A DNA stretch of 58,477 nt, counting the filler, from Sphacelaria rigidula (Eukaryota), in assembly GCA_964200075.2 (NCBI GenBank). It is 7 parts of 7 records of this genome, joined end to end, with 100 filler letters (N's around TTAATTAATTAA, not from the genome) between each part and the next. Parts side by side here need not be neighbours in the genome. Positions count along the whole stretch, not along the records: positions 8,370 to 16,638 come from CAXNAA020011716.1; positions 16,739 to 25,007 come from CAXNAA020011717.1; 5 more parts are not named here. One strand, given 5' to 3'. Position 1 is the first letter of the stretch; every line of letters begins with the position of its first letter. The notes under the pieces are model-generated. The model worked only from the letters and a program-made list of their open reading frames with translations, had not been told where the DNA came from and made no database searches. Shown here piece by piece: positions 11,625 to 23,868 of this stretch. Position numbers and translations under genes: made by a program.

Positions 11625-11958
11625 ACCGTACGGCAGTCAATTACCGACTGGCGGGTTCGCGCGGGAAATAAACGTCTCAAATAAAATACAGGCGTACAAG
11701 CCCGGTAAATGTTTACGTACTGTATTCGGGGAATGACGTGTTTCGTGGTGACGTTACAAGGGGATCCGCAGGCTAGAGTGGATGAGGACACTGACTGACC
11801 GCAATAGTGACTCCCGTAGGCGACAAACACACCACCCCAGTAGGAATTCATATGGCCTGGGCTACCGATGGGGAGAGAGTAGAACCAAAGAGAAATGCAT
11901 ACTTACTACTCCCGCGTCTCATCACTTGTTTCTCATGTGTCTTTTTTCAAATAGCACG

Positions 11959-14900
11959 TTATGAGACCCAAGATGAACGAGTGAACTTGTCGTCCATCTC
12001 GGCCGAGAGGTGCTCTGGGGTTCCCGCGAATTGACGCAAGAATTTGATATTCAAAACAACTCCACCAGAAGCCCCCCCTCTCCCCTCCCCCCAAAGTGAT
12101 GTGCGCAACGTGAACTTGAACGGCATCACGGCTGTGAGAGACAACACTGTACGGCGTGCTTGAAACGCCCTTAATAGCTTCTAAGACAAACGTACTTCTG
12201 CGTCTGTGGTGATTATTGTGCCGATGCGGATTGCAATACTCGATACTCTTGGGCATATACTTGCAACTTTTGACCATGTGGTGTCGAGGGTGTTGAATAT
12301 TGCCGCACTCTGAAGTCAATGTGGACCTGGCAACCGTTTCCCCGTATTTCAAAGATCCCAGATGTCTTTGGCGTAACATTCGGTACACATCCGACAAGAG
12401 GCAAAACTTCCACTGTGATCTGAACATTCGCTAGAAGCACACCGCTCTCGCAGCACTAGCCCTTGTCTGAGGATAATCGTGGTTGCGAATCTGTGAAGAT
12501 TTTTTGTATCACGGAGATTTCACCAGCGGAAATTTCAGTGGTGTACAGCAGTACTGTTGGTTATGCGGGCATGAAACTCCAGCGGACAAGAAGGAATATC
12601 ATTCTGGGCCCATAGCGTGCACACTTTGACGATAAACTCGGTGTTTATTTCGTGTCAAGGCAGCAACGAAAGACTAGTTTTTATTATTTGCCGTTCTTAT
12701 AGGAAGACGTATTTGGATATGTACCAATACCCGGCTCATGCAACTTTGCGAGCTGATCTAGGGATCGAAATTCTGACCCCAAAGTTCGAATATTTTCTTA
12801 CTTTTCAATCTCTTTTGATCGCGTGTTGTTTTGTGTTGTCGACCTGTGTCGTGGCGTCATTTAGTCCTTCCATGTCGACAACCTTTAGACCTCTCCACCT
12901 CCCTCGGGGCGAATGTATTTCCCCTGACCTTCAAGGGATTGATCAATCCATCTTCTGCTCGGGTACCGGCCCTTCAATTTCACTTCGATCTTTCGATAAG
13001 CTTTTTCGCAGCTCGTCGAATTAAATCGACTACTAGTTGCTGCTCGCCTCGTCACGCTTTCCGACGACGCACATCGGATTTGTCACCAGATTGACCGCAA
13101 GGGCTCGCTTGCGTGATCTCGTAGGGTGTTTCGTACTGCATGTTGGTTATCCGTTGCAGTGCCTGTGGGTTGCAGGTGGGTATCGTGGTATGTGTACAAG
13201 AACCAAGTCTCGCTGCGTTACCAGTATGTTGGAACATTTAGAAGGGTCGGACAAATAATGATTAGTCTGAAAATTACTTGGTTTTAGTGTAATGAGTCGA
13301 CTCGTGACGAATCAATCCCTAGGCTTTATTTCAGCGTTGCAACCCCACGCAGCCCAGGCACGTGGAATGGCGCAAAACTTGCGGGGGTACCCCTTGGACC
13401 AGCGATCATTTTTTTTCCCTTCTGGGCGATCAGGCCGAGGGAATCGTGGATTTGGTGATTTTGAGTCGTGATGACATGTCCTAACTGTGAACATTTACCT
13501 TTAGATTTGGTTGTGGTGTGTTAATCAAATTACCTGCAAATGCTGCGGAAACTTCACCACGAAGCACGAATGTACACACCAACATTTAGATTATCGAGTA
13601 CCAAAACCAGTACCGTCGTTCAGACAAGGATCAGAGCCCTAGACACGTTTGTCGGCGACAGCAGCAAATCAAATTATACATCCCGCACCTCCACATGACA
13701 GTTCATTTACGTCTGCATGATGACACGATTTGAGCAGTAAAATACAGTATATAGAGGAAATAGATTCAGATCGTTGTTTGTACCCACACTGTGGATCGAG
13801 GTGGATAGTAAGTCAACACGATTCAGTTTTCAAGACAACAAATCTGATCGAACGTGGGTGACTCCCACATGGATGAGGGAAGGTGACGGGGAAAGGTCCC
13901 CTAGCACAGCAGCCTACTGGCAAGGATGGACTCGTATGGTGCCAAATATAGCCTAAAACTCGTCACTCGAGGCTACTATTCGAAGGCTAGTATACTGCGT
14001 ACCGGGTTCATACACCGCAACCCACGATATGGTGAGAGAGATGTAGCCAAAAAATTCCCCCCGAGTGTCATTGGGGGCTGCTATGCACCGGATCAGCAAC
14101 TCCGCTCTGGTCACCATGCAGTCTCGAAAACTGCGGTGATAATCTACTACAAAAGTCGTAGCGCGGGCGAGGCCCTGGGAAGTTCTGTCGATTCAGAAAA
14201 CTATCTCCACCGAGCACTACCTTGGAGCACCGCCGTTCTTTTTGAGATACACGCGATCCCATTTTTAAAATGTTCACCATCCTGGCGCTACCGACTTTAG
14301 AGTTCCAAGACAAACCCCACAGGGATAAGATGGCTAACCTGGGCCAGGCCCATATCCGGGCGCTCCACCCCCGAAGGCTTCTCGGCATTCCCCAACCTCC
14401 ATAACCTTTCTGCCTTGCGCTCCGCTGTCTCCAAGTCCAAGCGGCCTGCCGTATAGGCTTTTGAACGCGACGGGATGGCGGTGCCAGCCATCATCTTGCA
14501 CCGCACATTCCTGTACACGTGGCCGCCTGTCATGAAACGAAGGCCGTACCAAAAAGTATGTTGGTTGTCTCCAAGGAAATGAGCGTGTGCGGACAGGACC
14601 TGACGTTGTATACTAGCGGGAGACACCTGTCGGTGGCTCAGTGTATGCTGCTCTAGTCTCAGTTGTTACGCCTTGCGGTGCGGGGATATATTCGTTCTTG
14701 CCTCTTTTTTGATGCCACAGGACTCTGGTGTGCTTGTCCCGATGGCATATGCCCATCTTCAACTTCGAGCGGTCGAAACTAGCGGCTTGGGGGTGATTAA
14801 CAGGTGTTGACCGCGCTCCTGTCTGTGTCTTTTGTGAGATTCAGTCCTCGCCTGCACTTACCCAGAGTTGATGGCACCAAGAAGCTCCACCCTGGCCGTA

Positions 14901-15889
14901 CCACCGCGGAGATAGCTGCGACCACCACCGCTCGCCCGCTGTTCATATGCATGCTTACAATTTCTGACTACTGTCGTCTCTGCTGTCCGCACTGCACGAA
15001 ACCCTGTCCAGAACAGCAGCTGAGGTGTCAGAGCGGAGTGCCGCAAAAAGCTCAAAGGCGCTGAGCTGGTGAACGATGTAGTCTCACCTGTTATATGAGT
15101 AGCATTCCAGTGATCGGTATAGATACCGCTTGTTTCTGCGGGGGAAAGTCTATTCCGTCGGTGGTCGGGCGTGGCCTGCTGCGTCTTTGTGTGCTCCTGA
15201 CTGACACCAGAGTCAGCGCAGCGCTAGATATCAAAGTTTGTATTAAAGTATGGCTATTTTGTAAGCGGTATATAGAAGCCGGGATATGATCATTCAAGAT
15301 ATAGTTAGGCAACCAGGGAAAACCAAGGCAAAGCCGCACGCAGCACGCATCCAAGCTGGCTGTGGCTGAACTGGTGGTGGACACACACAGAGAAGAGGGC
15401 AACGATAAGCTAAGAAGGTAACTGATTTCATTTTGTCAGTATTGGTGCCGAAGTTCGGAGTCAGGACGGATTCTAGCCTCAGACAAGATGCCATAGCAAA
15501 GGTTGTGCTGCAGTCCTACTGTGCACCAGATGGCTGGTGCTGTGTCCCTTGCACGGCCGCTGTCGACACGGCGGTACGGTCGCTAGGTTTGGGATTGGCT
15601 GCTTGAAAGCTTCTTGCTCGGGCGGTGTAACTCTGTCGTAATATTTTCCACATGATGGACAGGTGGTCCTTGGGCGTCACCGTTGCGCTATTTCTGGCGA
15701 AAGACGCCATGACAGTACAGACAGTATCAGTAACCGATCTCGGTGCAAAACGCTAACCTGCACGGAGCAGTTTAATAGCTCCACAGGATGATCACCGCAG
15801 ATATCGATTGTCTGTCGCGAGGTGCACCACTGCACGTCGTTGTCCTTATAGATCCCGGGCGGCCTGCTATTCGACGATAAATTTGCCAT
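11959..15889 (-). CDS. Candidate uncharacterised multi-exon gene (~265 aa); exons 15889-15758, 14599-14339, 13162-13073, 12419-12275, 12131-11959
   Basis: ATG, then stop-free segments bounded by CAG acceptors and GTTAGC, GTTAGC, GTGCGT and (weak) GTCAAA donors with compatible phases 0,0,0,1. Junctions read LLNCSVQ|VLSAHAH, MGLAQ|ALQRITNM, GDKSD|ITVEVLP, STPH|AVMPFKFTL. No homolog recognised. Confidence 0.5.
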
Positions 15890-16202
15890 GCTATATCACT
15901 AGATGGCCTGTACAACATAGACAGACTGGATAAATGCTGACGCCGTCAATGGTAGGTACAGTACCGTAACCACCTCGACTATCGCAAGACTCTGTTGGTA
16001 CTTGGTATCATTTTTCAAACTCGTTCTCCTCGGCAGGCACGGGAACTTGTCTCGTCGAAAGAGTAGGTCGGAAGATCTCGACGGACTATATCTAAGTATA
16101 CAGCTCTCGGTGTCCCTATTTAGCCTGTCCCACGCCTTTATCCAACCTGCCTTACTCTTCTGTAGACGCAGATCACAGCAAAGCCCGGAAGCGAATTTAA
16201 TC

Positions 16203-16319
16203 ATGCCGCTGGAGCAAATGGATTTCCCCGCGTCCTACGAGGCGTTGCGGCCGGTCGTGGAGCACGAGTATTTCGACCACCGAGCGGTACCGCAGCTGGA
16301 GGAATATCTTGACGAGCAG
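16203..16319 (+). CDS. EIF3K: First coding exon of probable translation initiation factor eIF3 subunit K; remainder is off the contig
   Basis: MPLEQMDFPASYEALRPVVEHEYFDHRAVPQLEEYLDEQ|GT resembles the eIF3k N-terminal (Y/F)(N/D)...LE.Y...Q pattern; GC-rich third positions; phase-0 donor. Only 39 aa are visible. Confidence 0.6.
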
Positions 16320-16563
16320 GTATCCTTGCCTTGTCTTGACGGGAGAAGGTGTGATACAACCACAGCTACAACAGACATCAATAGACAACACCAAGAAAAA
16401 CTGCCGAAACTATTGACGCAGCTGTAGGCCCTCGGTCCCTCTGCGCCCCACACACCCCACACCCTTCCTCCTCGATGAATTGCTGTGAGCGGGAGCTGTC
16501 ATATCCCCTCGGGTGGCGCAGTATATTGACGTTTGATATTACGCAGCCAGTACTGTTGTAGCC

Positions 16564-16638
16564 GTTGTGTGTTGTTGTTGTTGTTGTGTTGTCGTCCCAT
16601 TTATTCTGGACACCAGTCTACACCTTTCGGTGTATGTG
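16564..16638 (-). mobile_element. 3' tail of the same SINE family in the first eIF3k intron
   Basis: Reverse complement CACATACACCGAAAGGTGTAGACTGGTGTCCAGAATAAATGGGACGAC plus (AAC)n. Confidence 0.75.
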
Positions 16639-16738
16639 NNNNNNNNNNNNNNNNNNNNNNNNNNNNNNNNNNNNNNNNNNNNTTAATTAATTAANNNNNN
16701 NNNNNNNNNNNNNNNNNNNNNNNNNNNNNNNNNNNNNN
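16639..16738. other. Artificial contig spacer
   Basis: N44-TTAATTAATTAA-N44. Confidence 0.99.
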
Positions 16739-17801
16739 CTACGCTGAATACCGTCCACCCTACTTTTCGATTCTGGGGGCATATAGATGTTCCCTACGAA
16801 GAAGTTCTTAACCGTAACCCTAAGAAGGAGTCTTTTAGATCCAAGTATGGGAAAAGACGCAAGGGCGCAGGAATTGGCAAAACTCGTTGCACACCTATAT
16901 TTTTCCAGGGGCAATAAGCTACCCACGGCAATTGGCAGACTATCGGCAGTATAATATTTTGACAAACTGATAGGTATCGTGTTGCCACTGGCACACTATT
17001 CGGAAAGGGGAAGGGGCTCGCGTGAGACGCCCCTGACTTGGGTAATGCTGAGGCAAGGGCACAGCTGAATTCCCTCATGGGGTGAAGGAGGTACGGTACT
17101 GTGCTTATCTTCATGCGTCTCATATTTTTTTTCATGTAGGGCATCAAAATTGTTCGCGTACAGTAACGGGAAAATCCACGAGGAGTTTGGACTGACAAGC
17201 GGGGACATTGCATTCAAGAGGGACGGGACACAATTGCACAAGCACTCAGAATGGTAAACAGCCGACAGCGAAGAAGTACGTCTTAAGGCGCACAAAGGTG
17301 ACCGGAAAAGACGAGGGGCCGTATTGAGCAGAAATCGTTCCGCATCTCAGCCCAACAGGCAGGCAGGCATGCGACATTGGTCAGTCCTTGGGTGCGCAAG
17401 GGGGGTTGGAAATAATGACCGCGCTAGTGCTAGTTCACCCTAAATTGGACGCTAACGCCCCGCTCACCACTTACGCTTCACAATTAAACTGGAGAGTATG
17501 GACGCGCGAGCAGGCAATAACCGCTCTGCGGGAGTTAGTGCAACGACTTGGTGTGAACCCTTCAGAATATGCACTCCATTTGGGTCGTATCGGGGGAGCA
17601 ACGGGTTTGGCCGCGGCAGGCATTTTACGAGCAGTTATTCAGCGTGAAGGTCGTTGGCGTAGTGGACTTTTCATGGAATACGTTCGAGCTAACTTGGAAG
17701 ACTCAGGGGCAGTATCTCAGGCGCTCACAGAGAACGTATTAGCCGGTGGCATTCAACCCGGACAAGGAACTCAATGGGGAGCTGGCAGTAATCAGACTTG
17801 A
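16739..17801 (+). pseudogene. Tyrosine recombinase of a DIRS-order retrotransposon, disrupted
   Basis: Motifs YFFSCRASK, YALHLGRIGGAT, IQREGRWRS, FMEYVR; stops and frameshifts in the 5' half. Confidence 0.9.
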
Positions 17802-18653
17802 ATGTGGGGTAACGGCATTCTAAATAGCCAGGGAAGCGGTACGCAATAGGGAAGAGAAGATAAAAGGAGCGATGAACACGTCAAAAAATGGGGAAGTAGT
17901 ATCGTGGTAATCATGTAGGATAGCAGAATGCGTTCCTTGCACTTATACGCGTACAAGTGTCAGATGTTTTACGGGCGTGCGGTGCACAAGGGGCACCAGA
18001 ATGTAGAAATGCTACTCGAGAGGGAGCCCATCTACCGTCTCTATTTTAAGTTCGGGATTAGTAACATTTCGCACCGTTTCCTTGCATATGCTTGCCGAGG
18101 AAAATTTAATCAAATTATTCCAGATTCACAAGAAGAGCGAAGTAAAGGATCGGAGCGTAGCGGGATTTGCGGTTTGTGTATCGGTACGAATCGTTACATA
18201 GTGCAACGGATCAAGCTGCCGGATTACAGCGAAGCAGGGATCGGATTCAGCGTAGTCGGGAAAATGAGTGCTGCCATTTAAGAAGGAGAATAAGAAAGGC
18301 AGGCGCACGGGGATGTAGTAAAACAACAGGACAGTGCGGCATTTATTCAGCAACATCATCAAGCAGCGCAGCAGGCGATTTCGTTTCCCATCCCTCCCAC
18401 CCAGCGGGGAAGTAGTATCGTGGTAATCATGCAGGATAGCAGAATGCGTTTCTTGCAGTTATACGCGTACAAGTGTCAAATGCTATACGGGCATGCGGTG
18501 CACAAGGGGCACCAGAATGTAGAAATAAATGCTACTCGAGAGGGAGGCGATATACCGTCTCTATCTTTAGTTCGGGATTAGTAGCATTTCGCACCGTTTC
18601 CTTGCATATGCTTGCCAAGGAAAATTTAATCAAATGATTCCAGATTCACAAGA
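16739..18653 (+). mobile_element. 3' part of an Ngaro-type tyrosine-recombinase retrotransposon
   Basis: Decayed YR ORF followed by direct repeats 17890-18133 and 18406-18653 enclosing 272 bp (B1-A2-B2 layout). Confidence 0.85.
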
Positions 18654-19014
18654 GGACCAAACCACCGACACACGTCATGCTCGCACCAAAAATGTCACCC
18701 CGATGCGATCGGATTACTATTATCGCATGAGGGGACGCAACGGATCAAATAAATTCGACTTTGTGCGCACAGCAAAAACCAGCAATGCGGCCTCTAAATT
18801 TCATACAACAAAAATCAGCACCACCTTTATAGTTCCTATATACTTCGTCCCGTGTGGCACTGCGGCACACATCAATATAGGTGACGCATCCCACCGGAGT
18901 ATTGCTGTGGGGTAATCCGGAGGTCGTACCCGCGCAACACTTGGCAAGCGTGCTAAGCCACATCACAGAAACAAAGTAGCATGGCCGAGCACACAGAAAT
19001 CCCCTCTCCACACA

Positions 19015-19312
19015 ACAATGTTTTCGTGACATTGAAAGTAGATGATACGATTGAAAGTGAAGACCGGTCGATTAGTGAATGAATCGTTTCAGTTCCGAAA
19101 CGCTCCCGAACGACGCCCGACATGCTTTCTGTAGTAGATTGCCACTGACGTCCTCGATATCCCCGAGTAGTATATCGACGTGTAGCTGTAAGCACACGCT
19201 AGTGATGGAGGCAAAGAAAACCACACACGGAATACAAAATTGGCTAAGTCAAAGCGAATGATCAAAGTCAGTCTCAATCAGCGCTCAACCCTCGATCTCA
19301 CGAATACGTTGT
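19015..19312. mobile_element. ~300-bp MITE with ~40-bp TIRs (consensus ACAACGTTTTCGTGAGATTGAGAGTAGATGATACGATTGAGAGT), probably TA-flanked
   Basis: Colinear with 46139-46438; TIR fragments also at ~41616-41662 and 50038-50110. Confidence 0.8.
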
Positions 19313-19727
19313 TACGCGTGGAAGGGTTGAAGTGTGACCAGTATTCACGCGATCCAACGCCACTTGGAAACGGTCGCGGGTTTGAAAAATACGACTTGGG
19401 CAAAATAGTTGTCTTTGGAAGCTGCAAACAATCAACCATATTAGAGAGTTTCGAAAAATGGGTGTATTCTGCGAGAATACTAGGTTTATGTTGGCGGATG
19501 ACGAATTATAAGGGATGTACTCTGGCGTATGCCGAACTTGAAATGAAATGTATGGATTCGTGTAGCCAAGGCGCCACCGTCGCAGAGTGTTGTTCAAGCG
19601 AGCGAGACTGGTCTAGTGCAAGAGCATCAAAGAAGCAGACAGTATCACTCGAGACCAGTTGATCAAACAGCAACACGCCAGGAGTCTCAGTAGTACAGTA
19701 GCCTCTGGCACTTTATCGATTTTTACA

Positions 19728-21216
19728 ATGGACGGCACACCAGCATCGGGAACAGCAGCAGCAGCAGCAGCAGCAGCTCCGCAGGGCCAAGGCCACTACC
19801 AGTAGAGAGGCACACCAGGAGCTCGAGCAATGGCAGGAGCAAAATGGGGGAGGGCGGCAGGAGGGGTACCAGGTCGAGTTGCGGCACCAACGCGGAGGCA
19901 CGCACAACAACTCGATCTCAGTCAACCAACACGCTGGCCCGCGGGGTAGCGCAGGGGAGCCGAACACTGCCGCACCAGCGCCCCCATCACCCCCGCCCGG
20001 ACCCCCACCTGGCTCAAGCCAGCTGTCAGACATTCTGGCTCAAATCCTGCAGGCTTAGGTACAAACAAACATCAACATTGAACAGCAAAACCAGAAAAAT
20101 GTCCACAGACAGCAGCAGCAGAGCCAAGCGATATCGACTCTTCAACAGCAGGTGCACCTTCTCCAGTACGGACAAGCGCAACCGCAAGGCGGGGCCGGCC
20201 GTCAGCCGGCGAGCGCTGCACAGCAATCGCAGATGGCGGGAGGAAAGGCAGACGACGGGAATGGCGGAGCTGGGCCAGGCACCTGAGGGTGCGGGCGCTG
20301 CCAGTCGGCGGAGCCTACCAGTGTGGGGGGAGGCGGAGCACCGGTCACGGACTCGGTGAGGTCGGTGGGTATTGCCCAGGCCCCCCAATGGGGGTCGCTG
20401 GCGGCAAGCTTCTTCCACGGTGAGAAGAGAAGCCCTGACGCATGCAGCAACCCTTGAGTACGTCAAAGCGGTAGATCGCGTAGTCCCATTCCGCGTCGCC
20501 CACGCCCGACAGAAAAGCCGATGACCAACCCCACCAAGACATACTGTAACAAGCAAATTTGGACAGAGTACATTACATTGGACGGTAGAGCTCACACGCA
20601 TGAAATATCCGATGAGATATCCGTCCCGCCCAATAACATGAAAAACAACAAACACGCGAACAACGGCCCGAACGGCCACAGTAACCGGTCGACTCTGGGG
20701 TACAACGGAATGCACGAGCGTGCACAGGTAAGTCAGCAACAAGATCAGGTAACCTGCTCGTCCATGACGAACGAAGACAAGAGTAGTACACGCCGACACC
20801 ACGCCAAAACCACTTCGCACATTCTCACAGACAGGAGACGTGTAGAAGAAGATCAGGTGTTCGGCAGTTACGCACAGGTAACCCTGAATGTCGGTAGATC
20901 AGACAACAACAGAATTCATGCTCCCCGTGAAATTCGAACGACATCCGGTGCAGAACAAGACCCGGCGTTCGGCAGTTCCGAGGGAACCCGGGACAACGGC
21001 ACGTTCATGTTGACGAGCGCAAATCGTGCAAACTCGATAACCAGTAACACAAGGGGAACAAAAGAACATCGAGGTGCCGAAGAAGACCCGTTGTCTGGCA
21101 GTTCCGGGGGAACCCTGGACAACGGCAGGTCCATGTTGACGAGCGGGAAGCGTGCACGAGTTCAAAACAGCACCTGGTGCACTGAAACAAAACCGCGGAA
21201 CAATAGTTACACATAG
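19728..21216 (+). pseudogene. Ngaro ORF1 (gag-position), Q-rich, with degenerate internal repeats
   Basis: Long reading frame with a few stops (LSDILAQILQA*VQTNINIEQQNQ...) running into ORF 20521-21216; lies directly after repeat A1. Confidence 0.55.
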
Positions 21217-21401
21217 GTAGCCCCAGACAATGGGTCGTACACGTTGATGAGCGAGAAGCAGAAAAACAAAACTCACCTCCAGTTGGGACCATACGCCAAT
21301 AAAGCCCAACCGTACACATAGACCACCCAAGCAAAAACCTCTATACCCGGCGGGAACAGCAACAGCAAGAACTATCGAATACACACATAGATCTAACAGA
21401 A

Positions 21402-22685
21402 TTGAAACGCATCATCACAGATCTAGCCGTCACTTGCACGAGTCTCGTCCGACTCAACCACGGAAGAATCGGGGACGTAGCAAAGGGGCTCGGCGGTACG
21501 TTACTGTTACCGCCGATGAACCTGAGAGACATCCAGGAGTATTTCGGAAACCAAAAACACTTTCCTCGGATACGAGAACTCCTGCACATGATAGAGTACG
21601 GAGTTCCAATGAACACATCGTCCCGCGACCCCGATCCTCGAGGAGCGCTAAAATACGGTAATCACCACAGTATCAAAGAACATATGCCTCAAGTCTGAGA
21701 GAAGTTGGTAGAGGATGTACAAAGGAACAGATGTCTGGTGTTTGAAAAAAGGGCGGCGCTCGAAATCAGCGGCCTCAGAGTAGCCCCGCTTGAGGCAGTA
21801 GTAACTAGTAAAGTCAGGATTATCAACGATTTTTCGTTTGACCCCAACCTACCGAAGGGAGAGAAAGGCGGCTTCAACCGGAACACGATTGTGGACGAGG
21901 TGCCGCAGTTCCTGTGCGGGGAAGCACTCCCAAAATTACTGAATGAACTCTTGAAGGTACGCGTCAAGTTTGCGGATAGTAGAATCCTACTGTCAAAGGC
22001 GGACGTCTCGAATGCATCCAGAAATGCCAGGATCGCGCCCGACCAGGCGCAAAACTGCTGCTACGTGGTAGACGACGTTACAGTTGCAGACTTCCGTCTC
22101 ACGTTTGAATGGGCGGGGTCCCCCGGCTACTGGAGACTCTTATCACACGCCACTGAAGATGCACACTGCAATATCATAATACTCGACGCCGCAATACTCG
22201 AAGAAAGTAGAGAAATGATGAAACACGTGACCATAGTCGAGCACTGGGGAGAAGGGACGCCTACACAGGTTCCGCCCGACGCTGCTATTCCCCCGGCAAA
22301 CGGGGGGACTACTGTACACGACCCCTTTTTCGTTAGCGTGTATGTGACCGCCTGCGCTATGCAGATGTTTAAGGGCGAAATGCCCACAGAGAGAGGGGAT
22401 CCAATCCTGATGCGCGGCGAAAACTCGTCGGCCGTACACTGGGTAAATTAATGCGGGGGCTCGAAAGACAGACGCGCCGCCCTCCTGATGAGAATGATGG
22501 GTCGCATGGAAGTCGCAGCCGGGTGGTGTACCACCGCGAAACACATACCCGGCGTCGAAAACGAACTAGCAGGCGGCATCTCGAGACGGCCGCAGTCGGG
22601 AGTGGCCGAGAGGCTAGCACGGTTATCAGGGACCCTCAGTTGGAAGCAGCAAGATCTAGGAAATCGAGGCAGAGAGATACTCTAA
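21402..22685 (+). pseudogene. DIRS/Ngaro reverse transcriptase-RNase H, with in-frame stops and an internal deletion
   Basis: One frame: YGNH, KVRIINDFS, LSKADVSNASRN, DFRLTFEWAGSPG, VSVYV (DD missing), then RNase H MRGENSSAVHWVN and AKHIPGVENELAGGISR. Confidence 0.9.
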
Positions 22686-22800
22686 ATGATTCGGCGAGAA
22701 AAACCCCTGGAGCACAGCCTAGACGAACAGATCTGGAACATATTGTCCCGACAAGAAGACTGAACCCACACTGAACTTGTGATACCATTGCAGGACATAA

Positions 22801-23868
22801 GGGAGGCCCCACCGGAGACGAGGAGGGTGTTGCAAAGCTAGCAGAACTACTAACCCACGCGTCAATTAACGCCAGCACAAGAACCGGGTGCGAGACAAAG
22901 TTCGAAACGTGATCCGAGTGGAGGGCTCGCCGAGAAAAGCCCGTCTATATGTCAAGGACTGACGGCGAGGCTAGCGCGGTAATCGATATCACTGAATATA
23001 TTGCGTGGCGGCTTTTTACCCACAAAAACCAGAGGGGGACAGTGCGGGGGTATTTGTCAGCGATGAGCTTTTACCACAAGATGTGTGCCGGTTGGGAGCT
23101 ACCTATGAAACACTGTATTATAGCGGCCGTGTTCAAGGGAGTTGACCGAGCACACGGAAAATCGAAAGTAAGGCCCCGCGTGCGAAAACCGCTGACGCTA
23201 TCGCTGTTGGTAGAAGGGAGAATGCTAGAGATGAACACGACACAGAGCCGAGTCACATGAATAGGCCTAGCCCTATCATTTTTCCTCCTGTGTAGGGCCT
23301 CCGAAATCTGGGCATACAACGATTGTTCGGTACATCCAGACTTTTGCGTCCGGAGGGGAGACCTTACCTTCTTCAGAGAAAACTCCCAACTGATCTGGTC
23401 AGGCAGGGGCATGGCTGATAGGGTTGGGGTGCATATCGGAGCCTCCAAGGCGGACCAAAAACGCCTAGGGGCGGTTGTATCTCGGACAAGAGTAGGGGGA
23501 AGTGCGCGGGGCGCCGAAAGATGTAAAGACATAGAGACGCTAGAGCTCCTACTCAAGCTGCTTGACTACCACTCAGAGTTGGGAGCAGAAGCTCCACTGA
23601 TGCAAACCGTAAGACCCGATAGGTATCAGTCACTCGGGCGCGCGCGACGAGCGCGCTCAGGCAAATAATTTCCAGTACGTGGAGGGACCCCACGCAGAAA
23701 GCGCTACTCTCCGGTAGGATCGAGGCGGCGACACATCTAGCGGCGCAGGGGGCGTCGCAACTGCAAATTCAGAGGGCGGGGAGGTCAAAATCGCTGGCCT
23801 TCATGACGTACGTAAGAGCGGGGGGCGAAGGAGCGAAATTCGTATCGCAGGCACTCGCTGGGGAGTAA
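22801..23868 (+). pseudogene. Tyrosine recombinase of the Ngaro element, disrupted
   Basis: TVRGYLSA, RKPLT, FFLLCRASEI, ASKADQ, LLSGRIEAAT, IQRAGRSKS, FMTYVR; stops and a frameshift. Start is approximate. Confidence 0.9.

Noticed and set aside
11933-12427. 164-aa ORF resembling a piggyBac-like transposase fragment
   Set aside because: Resemblance is weak, no catalytic motif or TTAA ends were found, and other frames fit better as spliced exons.
17890-18653. CRISPR-like or ordinary LTR direct repeats
   Set aside because: Two ~245-bp units directly downstream of a YR ORF fit Ngaro split repeats; there is no short repeat-spacer array and no cas gene.
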